DNA of 64,000 nt, taken from the NCBI RefSeq assembly GCF_009914755.1, contig NC_060933.1, one strand, 5' to 3'. The notes beneath the pieces were generated by a model. It saw only the letters and a program-made list of their open reading frames with translations, was not told the origin of the DNA and ran no database searches. Position numbers and translations under genes: made by a program. Shown in pieces: positions 52,630 through 64,000 of the stretch (positions within the stretch are counted from its first letter, which is position 1; the number at the start of each line of letters is the position of its first letter). This DNA is from the human T2T-CHM13v2.0 reference genome, Homo sapiens.

Positions 52630-54190
52630 ATTTGTATTTATTAAATTATACTATTATATGCACAAATACATCCTCATTGTAGAAGATTCCAACAATGTCA
52701 AGGAAACAAATGTCTCCAAGTCTGCCCCCCTGCCCATTTCCCCGCCCACCCCTAGGCTCCCACCACCTTTAGTTTGTTGTTGAGCCTTCTCTAACTATCT
52801 CTGCATTTACGGGCATATATAGGCACATATAGAAATAAAGGTTTGTTTTGTGGGTTTTATTTATTTTTATCCTATATAAATGACATTATAAGCAGTGTCC
52901 TGCAATATTCTTTTTAACTTAATGACGTATTTTATCTCTAAGAATCATATCTATTTCCATAGCAGTCCACGAAGAACCACTTCATTCTTTTCTATTGCTC
53001 CATGGTATTCTAGAGTTGACCTTTGAATGAGCACTTAGGGTGTTTTCAAGTTTTCCTATTACCACTCTTGCTACAGTGCAAGCCCTTCTACATAGCTCTT
53101 AGTATATATGAGTAAACTAATTCCTATATACTGTATAGGATTATGTGGGACTACAGATGCGTGCCATCATGCCCGGCTAATTCTTTATTTTTTGTAGAAA
53201 TGAGGTCTCACTATGTTGGCCAGGCTGGTCTTGAACTCCTGGGCTCAAATAATCTTCCTGCCTCGGCCTCCCAAAGTGCCAGGATTACAGGGGTGAGCCA
53301 CCCCACCCGGCCCCTTTATTGCTATCCAATTATCTAATTATCAGTGGGGCTGAGCATCATTTGCTATGTTATGTGTGAATTACCAGTACATACCCCTTGC
53401 CCATTCTTCTATGGAGTAACTTATCATTTTCTTATCAATTTGTAGAAGTTGTATATATCCCAGCTATTGATTATTTGCCTGCCATGTACATAGCAAGTAT
53501 TTTCTACTTTGTTTCTGGTGCCCTTGTCATACATTATATACTACTTGTAATATTATCAAATTTGTGAATGTTTTCTTTGTTTTATATGTTCTTTTTGATT
53601 TTCCTTACCTTCAAGGTAATTGTTTATTTCTGAGAATGGTATGAGGTTGAAATTATTCCACAATATGTTTTTCAAATTGGGTGCCTAATTGTCTCAACAA
53701 CATTCTCCACTTTGTCCATTAATTCCTAATTTAAAATGTTGACTTAGTCATTTGCTCAATTCTCATGTGTGCCTGAGACTGTTTCTGGTCTATCAGTACT
53801 GTTCCACTGACCTATTTATCAATCTCCACGCCAGGGCCACTTCTGATTTAATCATAATCTTATATTAGCCTTTGATAACTTTCCAATATTTGCATATTTT
53901 TGGCCTCATTATCTTAGCTGACCCCTCCTATACAATGTTAAGGAAGCCCCTACCATTTATTATTCTCTTTCAAAATTTTATTTCATCTTGTTTAATCTTC
54001 CAAATAAATGAGAAAATCATCTAGACAAGTATTGAGGTAGGGATATTTAGGGAAAAATTTATATCTTTGCAGGAATCAGTTGTCTTACCCGTAAGTATAT
54101 TATAGTATCCATTTTTTTTCAAATCTCATATAGTCTTCTAAACATTTAGAAGTTTTTTCATGTAAATCCTGGACATTTCTTGTTAGGTTT
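52630..54190 (-). mobile_element. Old L1 (L1ME-type) fragments with partial Alu (53143-53312)
   Basis: T-rich antisense L1 motifs. Confidence 0.6.
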
Positions 54191-54789
54191 GTGTTAATTA
54201 GGGTAACATTAGTTGCTGTAACAAATAACTCTGCAATTTCAGCAGTTTAACACAAAAGAAGTCTGTTTCTGTCTTATGTAGCAGACCCTATTTCACATTT
54301 GGGAACCCATTCAGGACCCAAAGCTGAGAGAGGGTTTGTCATCTTTACCGCCAGGTCTCTAAGATTGCCCTGGGCTTTGCCATCCAGCTAGTGCCAGGAT
54401 TGAGAGACTCTGGAGAAGATATGCCCCTCTGTTAACCACCTTGATCAAGAAGTGACCCGCATCCTTTCTGCTTGCTTTCATTTGCAGAATGAGTCGCATG
54501 GCTTCACACAGGTGTCAAGGAGCCTGGCAAGCTCCCTGCTGGGAGCCATTTACCAGCTGCAACTCCACCCTACGGAAGAGAGAGTAGGCATCTGGGTGGA
54601 CAATGAGTTGTTCCTGCCACCAGGATCTTATGTTTATTCACTGCCATGGTGACCTGAATTATTTTGGATAGAAGACACTTCAGGATTCAATAGGTAGGTT
54701 CAATTCCTGTCTCTACCACTTATTTCCGTCAGCGCAAGTCAGTTGTTGTGGGGATCATAGAAGGGAATACATTCAAAAGTGTGTGGCGT

Positions 54790-55086
54790 GGCCGGGCACA
54801 TTGGCTCATGCCTATAATCCCAGCACTTTGGGAGGCCGAGGTGGGCGGATCATGAGGTCAGGAGTTCGAGACCAGCCTGACCAACATGGTGAAAGCCTGT
54901 CTCTACTAAAAATATAAAAATTAGCTGGGCATGGTGGCGCATGCCTGTAGCCCCAGCTACTCAGGGGGCTGAGGCAGGAGAATTACTTGAACCCAGGAGG
55001 CTGAGCTTGCAGTGAGCCGAGATCACGCCATTGCACTCCAGCCTGGGCGACAGAACAAGACTCCGTCTCAAAAGAAAAAAAAAAAA
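54790..55086 (+). mobile_element. AluSg-like
   Basis: TSD aaaagtgtgt. Confidence 0.9.
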
Positions 55087-55696
55087 GTGTGTAGCGGAGA
55101 ATCTGTCACATAAGAAGCCCTCAATTGTGTTACTTATTTTTCTATATATTCAATTTGTTATTAATTGTGAATGAGAGCTCTTTACGCAGCCACCTCGCAG
55201 AATTTTTTATTTGTTCTGATAGTCTGTTCATCAGTATTTGGTTTTCACCATAGACAATAGTATTCTCTACAAAGAGTACAGTCTTGTCCCTTTCTTTCTA
55301 ATATTTGCATATTTTTGTCCTCATGATCTTGGCAGACACCTCCTATACAATGTTAAGCAGTTGCAGTAACAGCAAACATACTTGCCTTGCTCCCTACTGT
55401 CCTGAGAACACTTACAGTGTTTCTCAGGATGCAAGCATGAGCTTTCCTGTCACTTCTGGTAGATATTCTTTATCAATTTAAGAACATTTACATCTGTTCC
55501 TTTTTTCTGAATTGCTTTTTTAATAAACTGCTGGATTCAGTTTGCAAATATTTAAATTGGATCATACTTCTCTGATGCTATCCTTGTCCCATTTTGGTAT
55601 CCAAGTCATGCTAATCTGTCTAGATAATTTATAAAACATGTACGGGATCAACTTGTCCCAGGAGCTTCCCAGTTTTAAAACTGAAAGTCCCACATC

Positions 55697-55912
55697 TGAA
55701 ATCACCTTTGCAAAAATTGTAACAGTGAGAAAATTATGGCAGTGAAAGAGATCTGATCTAACCAGCCCCTTGTCTTGCCCTTAAGCTTTCAAATTGTCCT
55801 TAATTATTCTTGGGTTTGGGCCAACCTAACTTTGGGAGAGACTTAGTTTATAATTTAAATTATAATAACCCGTTCCCAAAACTCAATCACCTTGGTAAAG
55901 CTAATGAAGGGC
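55697..55912 (+). mobile_element. LTR8-family (ERV1) 5' fragment
   Basis: tgaaatcacctttgcaaaaattgtaacagtgagaaaattatggcagtgaaagagatctga. Confidence 0.75.
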
Positions 55913-56138
55913 CATCCTGGTCAACATGGTGAAACGCCATCTCTACTTTAAAAAAATACAAAAATTAGCTGGGCATGGTGGCATATGCCTATAAGTCTCA
56001 GCTACTCAGGAGGCTGAGGCAAGAAAATCGCTTGAATCCAGGAAGTGGAGGTTGTAGTGAGCCGAGATCGCACCACTGTACTCCAGCCTGGCGACAGAGT
56101 GAGACTCTATCTCAATAAATAAATAAATAAACAATAAA
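55912..56138 (+). mobile_element. 5'-truncated AluS
   Basis: Starts at ccatcctggtcaacatgg. Confidence 0.85.
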
Positions 56139-56615
56139 TTTAAAGGTGAAGAGAGTAGCAACTAAGAGGAATGTGTGAAAAGGATTTCTTTGGTTCTCTC
56201 TGCTGCCAAACTGTGACTCCCATCCCCCTCAGGTCGGGTGTGGAGGGAGCATTGCCCGCCTCTCACCTCACAGTAAAGGAGAGGGCTCGCAGTAGTCCCT
56301 TCCCGTCTTGTTTCAGGTTTTATGTTCACTGTGCGCTCTTATTTTTTATTCCCCCTCTCCTTTTTTGCCTGAATTAGTTCATATAGGATAGGTAATGCTG
56401 TGGCAACAAGTTAACACTGAAATCTCAGCAGTTTAACACAACAAAAGTTTACTTCTTACTCATTATGCTCAAACTGTAGACTGATCTTTGACCCAGACCC
56501 CCCAAAAATCTAATGAGCAGGAGATTGTTGCTTCTCAGCTGCTTTGACGATGGAGCCTTCTGCTGCCAAGGGCTAGGACTGCTGCCAAGACTTGGTTCAG
56601 GCAGTAGAAATGTAA

Positions 56616-56863
<248 letters not shown>

Positions 56864-57598
56864 CAAAACTTCTATCTCAAAGCACAGAGACCTTGGGGGA
56901 AGCAAAGTTGGAGGCAGAGTGCTGGGTGGCAGGGCCTGAGGAGGCTGATGCAGGGTGGGGTGCATTCGCCAGGGCCAAGGTCCTGTAGAGCAGTGAGCGG
57001 CACCTCCACGGGGAGAACCCATAAAAGGGCCCCACAGGGAAACAGTCGGTATCAGTCACCAGACCCAGAGAGGGAGACACGCAGACCTGCCCAATGCCTC
57101 TTCTTTGTCCTCCCTCCTGTGCTCTCCCATCTCCCTACTCCTCAGACTTGGGCAGGTTCTGACATCTCAGTTAGCAATGACAGAATGGAGAACTGCTAGG
57201 CCAGGAAAGAGAGAAAACACCATGGCACTGTCTTCCGATGGCAGTGATGTCCAAAGCAGGTCCTAGCTGTGGGGAGGGGAGATGTAACTTTCATCACAGG
57301 TTCAGCACTTGGACTACTGCAGGTGACTGGCACTGTAACTACGAAGTGAAACCATGTTTGCATCTGAAAGTGACCAAAGGACTTTGTTTCTCCTAGGAAG
57401 GATCAGTGAGGCAACAGGAGTGGCGGCAGAGAAAGAACCACTATGAAGTTTAAAGAGACACTTAGAAACAGAATGGTCATGAACAACGCCCAGTGAGTCC
57501 CATGAGACTGCTTATTGAAAACACTGGTTACACTATGTGTTTCTACCTCTGAAAAAGACATGCTAGTTTCCCACAGTGGTTGTAAACATGTCAATTGC

Positions 57599-57911
57599 TT
57601 TTTTTTTTTTTTTTTTTTTTTTTTTTTGTGAGATGGAGTCTTGCTGTGTCGCCCAGGCTAGAGTGCAGTGGCACAATCTCGGCTCACTGCAAACTCCGCC
57701 TCCCCAGGTTCAAGCAGTTCTCTGCCTCAGCCTCCCTAGTAGCTGGGATTACAGGTGCCCACCACCACGACTGGCTAATTTTTGTATTTTCAGTAGACAC
57801 GGGGTTTCACGGGGTTTTGGCCAGGCTGGTCTTGAACTCCTGACCTTGTGATCCACCCTCCTCAGCCTCCCAAAGTGTTGGGATTACAGGTGTGAGCCAC
57901 CACACCCAGCC
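57599..57911 (-). mobile_element. AluS
   Basis: TSD caattgctttt. Confidence 0.9.
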
Positions 57912-58028
57912 AATTGCTTTTATTTTAATTTCTTTATACTTTCAAATAATTTGAAGTTATATTGTCAGGAATAGAATATGCCCAGTATTAATAATCTGAA
58001 ATTTATTAATATGAATATTTTCCTTTTA

Positions 58029-58107
58029 TTAGGTTGGTGCAAAAGCAATCACGGTTTTTGCCATCAAAATAATGGCAAAAAGTGCGATTACATTTTCACC
58101 AAGCTAA
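58029..58107. mobile_element. MADE1 (Hsmar1-derived MITE)
   Basis: ttaggttggtgcaaaag...ttttgccat/atggcaaaa...caccaagctaa with TA TSD. Confidence 0.9.
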
Positions 58108-58804
58108 TATTATTTCTTGTCTTGAATTATATTTTGTCTGATACTAATATTGCTTCCATTCCTTTTCTTTTGTTTTGATTTTCCCAGTATATGTTTTTTC
58201 ATTCCTTTATTTTCAACCTCTCTGAATCAACATTGGATTTTGAAGCCCCATCTGAGTATTTGCCATTTATCAGTAAGTGTAACTGTCATATTTATTGAGA
58301 TTGCAGATTTGTTATACTAACTTCTGCTGTCTTATTTATGAGTTTCCCTTCGCTATGCTTTCTTTGCCATTTGTCTCCCTTTTGTGACTAGTAAGCAGGA
58401 TAGGATGGGCAATACTGTAGTAACAAACTAGCCCCAAGTCTCAGTGACTTCGTACAAGAGGCATTCATTCTTCCTCCTGCAGTGTCTTCTGTAGGTAATG
58501 CAACAGTCCAGGGCAGCCCCTCTCTGCAATGATGCAGGGATCTAGACTTTCTTCCAGGGCTGAAACTAGGATGAGGCAAGTAAAGCACTCCAGATGCAAA
58601 ATTTAAGGAGGTGCTCTTTCTCAGGTTCATGGTCACCTCGCAAGCCTCACCTTAGTCCTGGCCCTGTTTTTTCCATCTAGTGGCTGCACTCTTCAACACA
58701 AAGCCTACACTGGTTTGCCTCACAATTGGGTAATTGAGCAACAAATTTGATTACAGTGTAGCAAAGACAAACTCATGTCTGCAATTTTAAAATAAGCTAC
58801 AAGA

Positions 58805-59515
<711 letters not shown>

Positions 59516-59594
59516 TAAAAGAATAGCCATTTTTTGCAAACTGCATATAAAAAGACTAGTTCTACCTATGGATTAGTAAAACACTGAAATAAAA

Positions 59595-60069
<475 letters not shown>

Positions 60070-60939
60070 CTATATTTTGATGGAAGTAGTATATATGTCA
60101 TTTGCTACTTATTAAGTAAAGTATACTAATTCTAACTTTTACAATAGCCATGATAGAAAATTTAAGTTTCTTGTCTATAAAAGCTTATTTACTTTACAGC
60201 AGCCTTTAGCTATTCTAGTTTATATTTTAGCTAAGGCTACCTTTAGCTTTATCAATTAATAAGACCAGAATCGCATACATTCTGACAAAATAGTTTTATA
60301 TTTTTATGTTAAATAGTTAAAGAAAACTTTATTCCAAACTTCAAAAAAAGCAAGCTGATGATTGCTTGAGTTTTTAAAAATTAATATCACCCTAGAATAT
60401 TTTCTAATAAGACTGCTTGACCTCATCTGACACCCTTAGGCAGGTAACTTTGCTGTTACCAAATCTTTGTTTAACAATTCTCAGCCAGTGAAGGTGCAGA
60501 CAGCTCACGGCCAGTAAGGTTGGAAACAGAGGAGTTGTTGGGACATTATAGCTTGACAGAGAAGCTGACCTCCAGGTGACATGGTCAATAGCCCTTAGAA
60601 AGTCAGCCCACTGGGTACCTAACTCAGCAATATTATTTTGCATTTCTTTTTAGACTAACTATATAAATCCCTATTGCTTAAATGCTGTTCACTCAGATCT
60701 TTTGTCTTCTTGCTTAGATCCTTTGTTACTAAGTCAATATAAAACTTTAACAACTGCTAACATATGTCTTTGAGAGTTGTGCTCTTACAACACTGAATGT
60801 GTAATGTTGTTTGATCCTTTGAGTTATTTGGCTAAATGGCCACAACAGTTATACTATAATCCTAATGTCTATAAGATTTCAGAAATAATGTAATAAACAT
60901 ACTACCGTGCTCTACTAAAGACAATATCAAAAGAAGTTT

Positions 60940-61500
60940 TAAGATCTAGCTTTATGGTATTTTCAAGAGATAGCCTAAAAGAGAAAGTTAAAGTGAAAAG
61001 AAGAGAGACATATATATATGATATTTATTCATATCAACTAAAATAGGCATTAAAGCAAATAAGTATTACTAGAAATAAAAACGAGTTAAAAGGCTAAATT
61101 TATCAGGAAGTTATAGCAATTGTAATCCTGGATTGCTTAATAAAATAGCTTTACATAAAACTACAAAGGGAATTGAAAAATACCCATCAGAGTGGGAGAT
61201 TTCATTTTACCTTTTCAGTAATTGTTGGGTGAAACACACAAACATTTGGCAGAGATACAAATTATGTACACCACATAAATAACGCATCTGATCTAAGGGC
61301 CATGTCTAAACACAGAATAGGGGCAGATGATGTTCCTTTGAAAGTTGGCTCTTTGAAAACACTGATAATACTGACAAATCTCCAGCAGAATTGATCAAGG
61401 AAAAGAAGAGAGCACACGAATAAGCAGCACACAATATGAGGAATTTTAAATGAGCATAATTAGAGATACAGGCAAGATTTAAAATATAGAAAAAGGGTTA
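60940..61500 (+). mobile_element. Old L1 ORF2 5' remnant
   Basis: A-rich, degenerate L1 endonuclease-region motifs. Confidence 0.5.
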
Positions 61501-61652
61501 AGAGAGGAGAGTGAGCACACACAGTTAATTTTGCTGCCTATTGAAATCCTTTTAAACCATAGGAAATTTCTCCTTTTAGCGTTTAGTTTTTTCCTAGGAA
61601 AACATAAACCCATGGGGAAGATGACAACAAGAGACAAGAGGAATCCCAAATT

Positions 61653-61936
61653 GTTTTTGGAGACAGTCTCACTCTGTTACCCAGGCTGTAGTGCAGTGGT
61701 GTGACCTAGGCTCACCACAGCCTTGACCTCCTGGGCTTAAGTGATCCTCCCACCTCAGCCTCCTGAGTAGCTGAAACTACAGGCATGCACCACCATTCCT
61801 GGCTAATTTTTTTTTTGGTAGAGTTGGGGTCTTGCTATGTTGCCCAGGCTGGTCTCAAACTCCTGGCCTCAAGCTATCCTCCTGCCGCAGCCTCCCAAAG
61901 TGCTGAGATTACAGGCATGAGCCACTGTGCCTAGCC
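61653..61936 (-). mobile_element. AluJ
   Basis: Alu dimer. Confidence 0.88.
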
Positions 61937-62442
61937 CCAGCCTACAAAATTTTTGTTCCTAGAAAATGGATGGGCAAGATCTCAAATCCTAAACCAGCAA
62001 CAGAGTAAGCTGAGAACTGACAAAATGTATACCAGTAAAATCCTCAAAAGTCTCAGGCACTGCCAGTACTGAACCTGGGAGAGAGAAGCTAGACTCAGGA
62101 GGCTTGGGTCAGAGTGAGAAGTCATCAGCCCCAGATGCCCTTCTCCACTCCAGGCATTGAGGACAGGGCCCTCTCCGAGACTGAGGAGATAAAGCAGTGG
62201 GTATGCATCGAGTGCTGATTCCAGAACAGCAGGTGGCCTTCACTCTACAGGCAGGAGGTAAGATGGTTTTTCTCTGCGGAATCTGACCCACCCCAAGGAA
62301 AAGACCTTGAGGCACTTGCTTAGGACTCCTCTCACCCTATAGTACACCCTGATCATACTCACAACTACAAGACCCACTCAACACAAGGCATGTCCAGGCA
62401 GGTTCCTAACCTCACCTAATCAAACACAAGAAGTGTGTATGA

Positions 62443-62863
<421 letters not shown>

Positions 62864-63246
62864 TAGAGAAGCTACTACGTCTATGAAAAGAACACGCTGC
62901 TCCACAAATGAAAATTCAAAAACGTAAAACATTTTTAATTTCTTTAAAATTTTTAATTTTAAGAAATTGAAAAAGAAAATAGCAAAAATGAAAAAAATTT
63001 ATTTGAAAGGAGGGAAGATACAATTGATGAAATCCTTTTGCAGAAAGGAAAGCAAAGGGGCAAAGAAATAGAAATTATGAGAAAAAAAGGAAGAGAAATA
63101 AAGAATGTTTTCAGGATCTGCATAATAGGAGTTCCAGAAACAACATTTTTCAACATATGAGTGACAGGAGATCCAGAAAAAAGAGACCAAGCAGACAGGA
63201 TGAATGAGAACACCCTGGCCCACCCTGCTCTGTGGGGCAACCCTAG

Positions 63247-63642
<396 letters not shown>

Positions 63643-63689
63643 TAGGTGATAGCTTTACAATAAACTCATTTCCTGCTTAGGTTTTTTTA

Positions 63690-64000
63690 AACATAGTAAG
63701 ATAATATTACAAAAAAAAACTTTATGCCAATCAATTTGAAAAGTTAGGTGAAAGTGATATATTTCTATAAAAATATAAATTACCAAAACTGGTGCAAGAA
63801 AAAAATTAACTCAAGTAGTTCTACCACCATTAAAAATTAACAATAATAACAAGATGATAATGATAATAAGTGGTCCCACAAAGAACACTGCAGCCACAGA
63901 TAGTCTTACAGATAGATTCTATCAAACATTTAAAAAACCAATCATTCCAAAATTACACAATCTTTTTCAAAGAATAAAACACCTCTATTCAGTTTATGAG
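63690..64000 (+). mobile_element. Old L1 ORF2 fragment
   Basis: aactttatgccaatcaatttgaaaagttaggtgaa...ttctatcaaacatttaaa. Confidence 0.7.

Overview
Alu-rich human (primate) genomic DNA. The only supportable protein-coding gene is HSD17B3 (testosterone 17-beta-dehydrogenase 3, chr9q22) on the minus strand. Exons 3-11 (codons 68-310 plus stop) were located by reading GT-AG boundaries and translating; exons 1-2 lie beyond the right edge, so 50312-64000 is intron 2. The left half (1-30.6 kb) is downstream flank, with a gene-less CpG island (~13.5-15.3 kb) bracketed by two same-orientation CTCF motifs. The rest is interspersed repeats: Alu (including an AluYa5), L1, MaLR/ERV LTRs, MER1B, MER3, MER20, MER53 and MADE1. 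Main observations: (1) the intron-2 segment matching my recollection of the 3' module of the gibbon LAVA retrotransposon, with its splice acceptor; (2) a three-piece templated insertion creating a perfect 92-bp inverted repeat around the in-frame exon 4; (3) a tandem duplication of the exon 9 splice donor; (4) a U6-L1 chimeric retrocopy with TSDs; (5) twin template-switch hairpins in an L1. No new protein system is supported; nearly all ORF-track entries are repeat-derived or chance ORFs. Repeat family names are from memory of consensus sequences and repeat boundaries are approximate.
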